Source: a virus (Duplodnaviria; Caudoviricetes). Taken from it: a stretch of 64,000 nucleotides of DNA. The stretch covers positions 1-64,000 of the IMG/VR virus record IMGVR_UViG_3300037743_000134, one strand, 5' to 3'. The notes under the pieces are model-generated. The model did not search any database and was not told the DNA's origin. It worked only from the letters and a program-made list of their open reading frames with translations. The translations under genes and the position numbers were made by a program. Numbering within the stretch: the first letter of the stretch is position 1; each line of letters begins with the position of its first letter. This document shows positions 1 to 8,158 of this stretch, one piece after another.

Positions 1-80
1 GGCGACGGCTGGCGCGTCGTGCTTATGCCGTGTCGCGACAAGGTAGGCGTTTGGTACGGAGAACCCTTTCCCGGGGCGCC

Positions 81-710
81 ATGATTCCGACCTGGATCGC
101 GTGGTGCGCGCTTTTCTTCGGCGTCGGGATCGGGCTGCTCGTGGCGCTCGTTTGGATTGGGAGCGCAGGCCCGTCATGACCCAGTGCCCCAAGTGCGGCT
201 GCACGCGCATCAGCGGACCGCATTACGAGAGCAATGCGCTGTTTGATTTTCACCAATTCTCCAGCGACCGGCTCCGCTACACCTGCTGCCGGTGCGGGTA
301 CTCCGCGACGCGTCCGTGTCTCGACTCGAGTGTGCCGCACGTGAAGACTCTCGCCGAGATTGCCGAGATTGCCGAGATTGCCGAGATTGCCGAGATGGCG
401 AAGGGCAGGAAGCAGTGACCGACCACGCCCTGTCCTGGGTTCTGATCGCGGTGTGCCTCGTGTGGATCTGCACGCTGGCGGGAGGGACGGGCTGATGGTG
501 CTGGAGCTTTTGCTCAGCGTTGCGTACCTGGTCGTGGCCGGCGGCTTTTTCGCATTCCTTCTGCGCATTGCTCCGGATGGGTACTCCGGGACCTGCGCCG
601 GCATGGCGCTGCTGTGGCCGTTCTTTCTCCCGATATCCATCGGTGTAGCCATCGTCACGAATGCCATTGAGGCACGCGAGCGGCGCCGCTTCGAGGAGCC
701 TCCACCATGA
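81..710 (+). CDS. Four small coupled ORFs: 81-179 (TM), 176-418 (CxxC...CCxC Zn-finger-like), 415-495 (TM), 495-710 (2 TM)
   Basis: ATGA/GTGA/TGATG stop-start overlaps chain them into xis; hydrophobic stretches such as WCALFFGVGIGLLVALVW and WVLIAVCLVWICTL. Confidence 0.6.
353..396 (+). repeat. 9-bp tandem repeat GCCGAGATT x4 plus one partial copy, encoding (AEI)4AEM
   Basis: Read directly at 353, 362, 371, 380 and 389. Confidence 0.95.
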
Positions 711-1081
711 CCCTCTGCACCCGAGCCGAGGCGGCGAAACACCTCCGCGTTTCTGTGCGCGCTTTCGATGCTCATGTGCGCCCCGACTTGACACCTGTGC
801 GCATCGGTCGTCGCGTGCTCTTCCGCCAGGAGGATCTGGACGCATGGGTAGACCAGCAAAAGGATGGCGCCTCCGACAGCGAGGTAGAAACCTCGCGGTC
901 CGATTCACGCACGCGGGTCGACAGGTCGAGCTCAGTACAGGCACCGCTGACCCTGAGCGAGCTGCGCAGATTGCCGCGAGAAAATATTCCGAGGTCGTAT
1001 CAGGAAGGCGCGCAACGCGGCGACTGGCCGCCCATCGTGGGCCCGGAACCCCCCTCGGCGAAGTGGGTGCGCAATGGCTGA
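707..1081 (+). CDS. xis: Excisionase-like HTH protein; C-terminal part overlaps integrase
   Basis: TRAEAAKHLRVS...VRIGRRVLFRQEDLDAWV is a typical Xis/MerR-like winged HTH; lies directly upstream of the integrase. Confidence 0.8.
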   Translation: MTLCTRAEAAKHLRVSVRAFDAHVRPDLTPVRIGRRVLFRQEDLDAWVDQQKDGASDSEVETSRSDSRTRVDRSSSVQAPLTLSELRRLPRENIPRSYQEGAQRGDWPPIVGPEPPSAKWVRNG

Positions 1082-1944
1082 CCTCGTGCGTGGGCTCGCT
1101 CGACGACCGCACGATCGCGGAGTACGCGCGCTACTTCGAGAAGCTGCTCGACCCGTTCTTCGGGACGGCCGAGCGGGTGACAACCGAGAAGGCACGGGAC
1201 TACATCGCGGAGCGCTTGGGGGAGGTTCAGCCGGCGACAGTGACGAAGGAGCTTTCCGCCCTGCGCTCGGCGGTCAAGTGGCACTACGGGGACTCGGCAC
1301 CGGCCGTCCCGAAGGTGAGCAAGCGTGCCACGGGGACGAAGTACGAGAAGCGTCGCAGGGGAGCTCCTACCGAGCTGACATCGGCCGAAGTCCGACGTAT
1401 CCTAGCTTCCATGCCGGAGCGGACCCGAGACGACCTGCCAGCCCGAGCCTTCTTCACGGCGCTCTACGAGACCGCGCTCCGGCCCGCGGCCCTCTGTCTG
1501 CTCTCGGTGCCCGAGAACTACCGCAAAGGCCGGAAGGAGCTCACCCTGGGCCGCGAGCAGGACAAGGCCCGGTGGGGCCGGCCGCTCCCACTGACACCCG
1601 CGGCGCGCGCGGCGCTCGACAGCGCGGCGCCGGCGGCAGGTCTCATCTTCGGCGAGCACCATTGGTGGCGCATCTTCCGGGCTGCGGTTTCGAAGGCGAA
1701 GCTCCCTCCGGAGAAAGCAGCCTCGGTCTGCCCGTACGACTTGCGCCACGCCAGGATAACGCACTGGGTGGACGACGGGGCGAGCCTCACTGGGGTTCAA
1801 TATCTTTCAGGCCACAAGCTGCTCGCGACGACCACCAAGTACGTCCGGCCGAGCCTCCGGGCGGCCATGAGGGTTGTAGGGAAACGGGGACTCCGTGCCC
1901 AGACCAAGAAGCGCCGCAGGGCGTTAAAGAAGCTCGATTCGTAG
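844..1944 (+). CDS. int: Tyrosine recombinase/integrase (start re-assigned to ATG 844)
   Basis: AGGAGG about 10 nt before ATG 844; catalytic motifs ETALRP (R), YDLRHAR, LSGHK and TTKY (Tyr). Confidence 0.92.
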   Translation: MGRPAKGWRLRQRGRNLAVRFTHAGRQVELSTGTADPERAAQIAARKYSEVVSGRRATRRLAAHRGPGTPLGEVGAQWLTSCVGSLDDRTIAEYARYFEKLLDPFFGTAERVTTEKARDYIAERLGEVQPATVTKELSALRSAVKWHYGDSAPAVPKVSKRATGTKYEKRRRGAPTELTSAEVRRILASMPERTRDDLPARAFFTALYETALRPAALCLLSVPENYRKGRKELTLGREQDKARWGRPLPLTPAARAALDSAAPAAGLIFGEHHWWRIFRAAVSKAKLPPEKAASVCPYDLRHARITHWVDDGASLTGVQYLSGHKLLATTTKYVRPSLRAAMRVVGKRGLRAQTKKRRRALKKLDS

Positions 1945-2284
1945 TCACGCGATCGGAAACTTCTTCTGATGCGGGCTTCGATAAGCGCGGCAGTTTCGAG
2001 CCTGTAGCAAGCGCCCCGGGGAGCGAAAACGGCTCGTGGCCCCCAGATTACTGGGAAGCGTTCCCTAATACGCTAGAGCAGTGGACTGAAAAGCCGGTAG
2101 TCAGGGTCTCGCAAGCGGTTGAGATTGCTCGGGAGGGCGGGAATCCAGCTGCATCCGGTGTGACGGATAGTGCGCCGAGTGACGCTGGCGTCCGCTGGGT
2201 GCGTAGCAGAATCGTTACATCCGCCCGCACCCGCGCCTTCCGCGCGGCGGCCTGGCGCCATTTCCAGCGACGGGCGGTGGCGCC

Positions 2285-4499
2285 GTGAAAACCTTCGGAG
2301 ATACGTCGCTGCTGGAGCTGTACGCAGCTCTGCGAGAGCGTGGCCTGGAACTGGAGGGTATCCATGACGTCGCGCTGAAAGCCGGGAAGCAGCACATCTC
2401 GATCCAGGTTTGGAAGGACGGGAGGTGTCGGCTCTACGAGGTTTCCTTCGGAGACCCACTGGGTACCACTCTGGATAACATCGCGCTGGACGCGAAAAAG
2501 AGGGCTCCGTCGTGACCGTCGCGGTCCGCCGCATCAGCCGCGCGATGGTAGACCACCTCGCGTTCATTGCTGCGCTTGACAATCCGCCGTTTGTCCAGCT
2601 CCGGCGCGGCGACCACTGGGAAAACCAGCGCACGCATGATGCCTTGCTCCGACGCGAGCTCATCGTCGTCGACGCCGAGGGCTACACCCACCTAACGCGC
2701 GCCGGGGTTGACGCGCTAACCGCCCGCCCCGTAGCGCAACCCGAGCCGACGACGGGGGCCCGGTGATGGCCTCCTGCCCCTACTGCGGCCGCTCGTGCAC
2801 GTGCGCGACACTTTGGGACGAGTACGGCACGCCAAGACAGACACACGTTGCGTGCCCACGATGCGGCGAAGCGGACGAGGTCGGCTCGCATTTCGATAAC
2901 GCCTGGTGCTGTTCGTGCAGCTGGCGCGGCTCGTTGACGGCTATGCGGCGCCCCGCTCGCTCAGCGGCGCAACCCGAGCCGACGACGGGGGTCCGCAGCC
3001 GCCTCCCGCCTCGGAATCGGGGTGCAGCCGTGACGTACCTGATTGGACCCGTGCGCATGTACGACGTGCCGCGCCACCAGCGGGCGCCCGTTAGCACGTT
3101 GCCGTTCACGCCGCGCGTCGTGTCGAGGTGGGCCGTTGTCGATCTCGACGCCATCGTCTCCGGGCTGCGTGCCGTGCACGGGACGCTAGCATCCCCCGCT
3201 CGCGCAGTGGCTCAACCCGAGCCGACGACGGGGGTGACCGGTGTGTGACGATTGGGATGACGGCGAGCCGCCGGACGTCTGGGTCCGTGAATGGCGGCGA
3301 GCCCGCAAGGAGCACGAGTGCTGCGCCTGCGCGGAGGCAATTCGTGCCGGCGAGCGCTACCACCTGACGCGCCAGCTCTTCGAGGGCAGCTGGGACGAGT
3401 GGAAGCACTGCGCGCGGTGCTGGGCGATCTGTGAAGCGTTGTGGGCAAGCGGGCGCGACTCCATTGAGTACGGGCTCAACTGCGGCGAGCTCTGGGAGCG
3501 ACCTCCGCCGGAAGTGGAGCGGCTCGCGTTTCTGACTCGCGAGGAAGCCCAAGCGTTGCCGACAACGAGGTCCCGGTGATGCACTGGCCCAGCTTCGCAT
3601 TCGGCGCCTCCGCCACAGCCCTCGTCGTGCTGGCCATCGAGATTGCGTGCTGGGTCGCGCGGTGGAGGAAGACGTGAGCGACGACGCAGTTTTGGAGGCG
3701 CTGCTCCGAGCCAAGGCTCGGGTCGGTCGAGGTTGGATCAAATGGTCCTATCGCAACGGCGACGACGTATGTGCGCTTGGTGCAATTGGCGCGCATTCCG
3801 GTGTCGCCTATCCCATGTTCCTCGATTGCGAAATGTATCTTCATCGAGCGCTAGCTGCCGTTGGTACGCGCGCCAGGGGGCTCGGTATCGGCGGGTTCAA
3901 CGACTGGCCGTCTGTTGAGCAGCGCCACGTGCTCGGATTGTTCGACTGGGCCATGCAGCTGCGGCGCATCGACTTGGCGAGAGGTGACAAATGAGCTTTC
4001 ACCGCATCGTGCCATCGGAGTGGCCGTTCCAAGCGGCGCATCGAGCCAGGCAGAAACGGCGCAGGCTGTGTATCTGCTGCCCGAACAAAGCCGCACCGGG
4101 GCGCGTGCGGTGCGTCAGGTGCCTCGAAGTGCAGCGCACCTGTGAACGACGGCGGCGCATCGACTTGGCAAAGGCGAAGCCATGACCGCGAAGGCGAAGC
4201 GTGCGAGCCCGACCAGCCTCGAAGTGTTCAAGGCCGAACGCGCCGCGAACGGACGCCTTGCGCTGTTCTGGGAACGCACCCGACGCATGCGGGCAGAGCT
4301 CCAGCGTTTCAGTGACCTTTTGGAGCTCGAGCTGCTCATCACCATTAAGGCAGAGCTATCCGAGTTCCGTTCCGTTGAAGCGAAGCTAGCCTACATCGAC
4401 GGGCACCGGGGCTATCTGACGTTCGGTCAACGGGCCGCGCTGGAGCGGTACATAGGCGCTACGGACAAGCCCCGCCGCGCGCGAAAGGGACGCAAGTGA
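2285..4499 (+). CDS. Cluster of small coupled early ORFs (2285-2515, 2512-2766, 2763-3248, 3241-3579, 3579-3677, 3674-3994, 3991-4185, 4182-4499), several Cys-rich Zn-finger-like
   Basis: GTGA/ATGA overlaps; CxxC pairs in 2763, 3241 and 3991 ORFs; 3674-3994 has a GW...C.LGAI...FND pattern that I recall from DUF6197-like phage proteins. Confidence 0.6.
2734..3581 (+). repeat. Dispersed repeat CAACCCGAGCCGACGACGGGGG at 2737, 2970 and 3213, plus a degenerate copy at about 3558
   Basis: Three identical 22-mers read directly; GCCGACAACGAGGTCCCGGTGATG (3558) matches GCCGACGACGGGGGCCCGGTGATG (2745) at 21/24. Confidence 0.92.
3961..4169 (+). repeat. 18-bp direct repeat GCGGCGCATCGACTTGGC (3961-3978, 4152-4169) at the 3' ends of adjacent ORFs
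   Basis: Exact match; both copies encode RRIDLA. Confidence 0.9.
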
Positions 4500-5023
4500 T
4501 GATCCCTCAACACCTGTCACTCACAAATGAACACCCGACACCTGAGCACGTTGTCCTCGCCGCGCGCCGGACGCTGGGAGCATTCGACTTGGACCCAGCC
4601 TCATCCGTGGCGATGAACGAACGGATCGGTGCCTCGCGCTACATCGGCTTGCCCGACGACGGACTCAAGCACTCCTGGCACGGGCGCGTATTCCTGAATC
4701 CTCCAGGCGGGCTCACGCCGAAAAAATGGAAGGTGCGTTACGCGACGCGATCGAACGCTACAGCTTGGTGGCGCAAACTCGCGGAGGAGTACGCCTCACA
4801 TCACGTAACGGCTGCCGTATTCATCGGTTTCACGCTGGAGCTGCTGCGGTCGGCACAGGGCGGGAAATGGGCGCACCCGTTCGACTTCACGATTTGTGTC
4901 CCGAGTGAACGTCTCTGTTTCGCTGGCGACGATCCGACGCACGCGAACGTGATCGTCTATCTCGGTCCCGACGTGGATGTGTTCGAACGGGAGTTCTCGT
5001 CGATAGGAAGGGTGAAACGATGA
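4496..5023 (+). CDS. Phage DNA N6-adenine methyltransferase (Dam-like), motif IV variant NPPG
   Basis: FDLDPAS (SAM-binding) and DGL...W.GRVFLNPPG motifs. Confidence 0.8.
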   Translation: MMIPQHLSLTNEHPTPEHVVLAARRTLGAFDLDPASSVAMNERIGASRYIGLPDDGLKHSWHGRVFLNPPGGLTPKKWKVRYATRSNATAWWRKLAEEYASHHVTAAVFIGFTLELLRSAQGGKWAHPFDFTICVPSERLCFAGDDPTHANVIVYLGPDVDVFEREFSSIGRVKR

Positions 5024-5748
5024 AATCCCTCGTCTGGCACGAAGACAACGACGCCGGCATCGACGCGCAGGAGCTTTACGAGCTGCTGCGCACCCACGGC
5101 TTTGTCGACGAGAGCTGGCTAGTGGTCGACGCTGACACTGCGCGTCGGGTGGGCGAGCTCGCCCGAGACATCATGGCGGAGATCAGGGCGAGCGAGGGCG
5201 AGCGGGCGTATGCGGCCACGTGCAAAGACGCGGACCGCGATGCACAGGAGCGCGGAGATGACTCGCATGATCCCTGAGCATCGTCCCGCCGTGGACTACA
5301 TGGCGATCCTCAGCGGCGCGATCGCGCGGGCGGCGGAGAGGCTAGGTCTCACTCCGGAAGATGTCGCGCTCGACGCAATCGAATACCTCGACACCCACGA
5401 GGAAGCAGACTGGGGCTGCGTAGCCGCTTGCGCCGAAATGGTGCGCGAGCGGCTGCGCAAAGCAGCCAAGGAGCCGACGCCATGAGCCGCCCAGCGAATC
5501 CGCGCTTTTCGATCTCGAGGCGGTGGACGCCGGAACAGAAGGAGCGCGACCCGGAGGACGCGCCGGGGCAGCGCTATCGTCTGGAATTTCGCGCGGGACC
5601 GACGGCTTGGCGCACGTACGGAACGGTGCCGAGTCTGTCACGGGCCAAGCGTAGTGCCGAAGCGTACGAGGGAGAGATGCGCGCGGTGGATCTGCGCACG
5701 AAGGAAGTCGTCAAGGTTTGGTCGGGGGGACGGGAGGTGCCGCGGTGA
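5020..5748 (+). CDS. Three small hypothetical early ORFs (5020-5277, 5267-5485, 5482-5748)
   Basis: Overlapping stop-start junctions between the methyltransferase and VRR-NUC genes. Confidence 0.55.
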
Positions 5749-6077
5749 GCGAAACGCAATTGTCCAAAGCCATCCGCGACGCACTCGCGACCATGGGCGT
5801 CTGGGTGATCCGTTCGCAGGTCAAAGGCCGCACCGGAAAGCGCAGCGTGGCCACCGGTGAACCAGGTCAGCCGGATCTGTACTTGCCCGCGCTGAACGCA
5901 CACATCGAAGTGAAAGTCGGCGGCGGCAAACTCAGTGCAGCGCAAATCGCCTGGCACTCACGCGCTGCAAAGCACGGCGTGCGCGTTGCTGTTGTCCGGA
6001 CGGTGTCTCAAGCCATAGGCATCGTACGTATGTGGAAACACGAAGTTACTCACGAAAGAAGTATGGGATGGCGCTAA
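5745..6077 (+). CDS. VRR-NUC / PD-(D/E)xK nuclease (resolvase-like)
   Basis: GQPDL...IEVKVGGGKLSAAQIAWH motif; GTG start overlaps the upstream stop. Confidence 0.8.
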   Translation: MSETQLSKAIRDALATMGVWVIRSQVKGRTGKRSVATGEPGQPDLYLPALNAHIEVKVGGGKLSAAQIAWHSRAAKHGVRVAVVRTVSQAIGIVRMWKHEVTHERSMGWR

Positions 6078-6757
6078 AGGATATGATCGGGAAAACATGC
6101 GGTCGTCTCACGGTCATTCGATACTTTGATGTCACCGGAAGACGCATGCATCGTTGGCTGTGTCAATGTGAATGCGGTTCACAGACGGTTGTGCGTGGCT
6201 CAGAGCTGCGCACGGGCGGCATACGTTCCTGTGGGTGTCTGAAACGCGAGCGTACGAAAGAGATGCTGCCGATTATGCGCGCGGCTCAGTGGGGTGATCG
6301 CGTAGCAGCATTCCACGCGAAGTATGAGCGTGGCGATGGTTGTTGGAAATGGAAAGGAGGGCGCACGACTGGTTATCCAGGGCAGCTAGGCGGATACGGA
6401 GTGTATCATATGCTCGGAGAAAAACGTGCGCATCGGATTGCGTGGCGCCTCGCTTATGGCCCCATACCGAAAGGCATGTGTGTTTGCCACAGGTGCGACA
6501 ATCCGTCATGCGTTAACCCGGAGCATCTATTCCTGGGGACCAAGGCGGAGAATAACGCCGATAAGCAAAGCAAGGGGCGAGCCGTTATTTTGAGTGGTGA
6601 GCGTCACGGTAATAGCAAGCTAACCGCCGCCCAATTGGAAGAACTTGTGGCACTTCGAGGCAACGGCAAATCACTTGGTTACTTGGCCTCTAAGTTTGGG
6701 TTGTCCAAGTCCTCCATTTCGGCCCGATTGCGACGCATTGTCGCGAGGCAGTTATGA
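6068..6757 (+). CDS. HNH homing endonuclease (HNH_3-type) with N-terminal GRLTV...WLCQCECG motif and C-terminal HTH
   Basis: AHRIAW..YGPIPKGMCVCHRCDNPSCVNPEHLFLGT. Confidence 0.9.
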   Translation: MALKDMIGKTCGRLTVIRYFDVTGRRMHRWLCQCECGSQTVVRGSELRTGGIRSCGCLKRERTKEMLPIMRAAQWGDRVAAFHAKYERGDGCWKWKGGRTTGYPGQLGGYGVYHMLGEKRAHRIAWRLAYGPIPKGMCVCHRCDNPSCVNPEHLFLGTKAENNADKQSKGRAVILSGERHGNSKLTAAQLEELVALRGNGKSLGYLASKFGLSKSSISARLRRIVARQL

Positions 6758-6845
6758 TCTGGAACACTGACACGGTGCGCAGTCAGTCCGAGGCCGTGAA
6801 GGTGGTGCGTATGTGGATCGCGGAGAGCAGGCGAGGTGCGGCGTG

Positions 6846-7283
6846 ATGCGTCTAACCTACTACGACACGAGCTACGGACTGCGGCGACGCTACCGTCGCC
6901 AGTGGGCTCAGCTCGTGGCAGTCGTACGCGCGCTGTTGCATCGGCGTTGCGAATTCTGCTTTGGTCCAATCGACGTTCGTGCCGGTACGCGAAACCGCAA
7001 GCGCAGCATTCGATTCTGCTCACATGCTTGCTCGAAGATGCATTGGGCGGAAGAGCACGAGACTCAGCATGGAAACCCAAGCAGTAACGCGAGTCCAACA
7101 CCCCAACCTTTCGGCCGAGCTGGAAGCGGCGCGCGGTCCAGTGTTGTGCGCAATCGCGCGCGGCGTGTTACCGGAAAGTCTCCAAACAAAAAAGCCTCGG
7201 GAACGGCTGTTACCCGTCCCGAGGCCAACCTCGAACTTCCGTTGGTGCGAAAGGGAGGTGCGGTTTGCATGGACGAAACCTAG
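6846..7283 (+). CDS. Hypothetical Zn-finger protein (CEFC...FCSHAC)
   Basis: TGATG coupling to the upstream mini-ORF 6754-6846; Cys motifs. Confidence 0.45.
   Translation: MRLTYYDTSYGLRRRYRRQWAQLVAVVRALLHRRCEFCFGPIDVRAGTRNRKRSIRFCSHACSKMHWAEEHETQHGNPSSNASPTPQPFGRAGSGARSSVVRNRARRVTGKSPNKKASGTAVTRPEANLELPLVRKGGAVCMDET
7188..7225 (-). terminator. Rho-independent terminator on the minus strand
   Basis: 12-bp stem (GCCTCGGG+ACGG / CCGT+CCCGAGGC, 1-nt bulge) with A6 at 7188-7193, i.e. a U-tract on the minus strand. Confidence 0.65.
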
Positions 7284-8158
7284 AGCATGATCAAGCCGCG
7301 ACATTCGTTCAGAGGCGAAACGCCTCAAAAAACGAGCCTATTGATGCGGTTTGCGCCATGGCCATGAACGGCAATCCGGGCGACGCAGCCGTGGCATGCC
7401 TTATCGAAGGCAAAACTTATGCGCGCAACGTTGGCCAGATGAGCAACTGCCGCGCGGCAATTTTTTCAGTGGAGCTACCGCTCGATATCATGCCGAGCGT
7501 GACGTTCCGGCTCATTCATTGTTCCGGCGTAAGCGGACTGGGCGAGCATCGTAAATACATTGGGCATCGTGACGACGATGTCTGCGCGCGTGTCCTAGCG
7601 AAGCTGAAGAAAAGTCAGCTAGTGTTCGTTCGCAAGGAACAGGACAAGCGCTATCCAATAGCAAAAGCAGCCGCGAAACGGTGCCTCGACAGTGGCTGTG
7701 ACACCTGGACTCCTTCTCCGCTTGAGACCGACGATGCGCTATCGAGCATGATTGAAAACAAAGCCGCTACGCGCACAGAATCACCCGTCGAATCCGACCT
7801 ATTCTGCGCTTTGCGTAAGTGGTTTCCAGAGGCGTCGACGTATGCACCTGACGAGGCTCGCCAGTGGTACCGAGTGCCAGCCTTGTCGGGAGCTTTTGGC
7901 GTCCTGGTGCCACAGCTGAAAGTGGGCGAATACCGCGCCGACTTCGCCGTCGTTTCGGACTCGGCACAGCTTATTGTCGAGGTCGACGGGTACGCCTATC
8001 ACGACACGACGCGCGACCAGCTCGAACACGACAGGCAGCGCGACCGCTATCTGATGCGAGCCGGCTGGCGCGTCGTGCGGTTCACCGGACGCGAGGTACA
8101 TCGAGATCCGGACGCTTGCGCGCGCGAGCTAATCGAAACGCTCAAGGGCATCGAATGA
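7265..8158 (+). CDS. DUF559/Vsr-like PD-(D/E)xK endonuclease with unknown N-terminal region (true start uncertain)
   Basis: C-terminal ESPVE...YRADF...IVEVDGYAYH...DRQRDRYLMRAGWRVVRFTG. Confidence 0.8.
   Translation: MHGRNLEHDQAATFVQRRNASKNEPIDAVCAMAMNGNPGDAAVACLIEGKTYARNVGQMSNCRAAIFSVELPLDIMPSVTFRLIHCSGVSGLGEHRKYIGHRDDDVCARVLAKLKKSQLVFVRKEQDKRYPIAKAAAKRCLDSGCDTWTPSPLETDDALSSMIENKAATRTESPVESDLFCALRKWFPEASTYAPDEARQWYRVPALSGAFGVLVPQLKVGEYRADFAVVSDSAQLIVEVDGYAYHDTTRDQLEHDRQRDRYLMRAGWRVVRFTGREVHRDPDACARELIETLKGIE

Noticed and set aside
353-396. CRISPR or iteron interpretation of the 9-bp repeat
   Set aside because: No spacers; it is an in-frame coding microsatellite
1860-2060. tRNA-derived attP core
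   Set aside because: Fragments such as GGGGACTC and GCTCGATTC resemble tRNA T-arm sequence but give no coherent acceptor/T-arm; no tRNA gene recognised anywhere in the window
1074-2288. 404-aa ORF overlapping the integrase, or a programmed frameshift extending Int
   Set aside because: Mostly an alternate-frame shadow of int in GC-rich DNA; no canonical X XXY YYZ slippery site near the int stop and no RBS/start for the non-overlapping part
2734-3581. CRISPR-like array
   Set aside because: Intervals are over 200 bp, coding and in frame; the repeat is not palindromic and there are no cas genes
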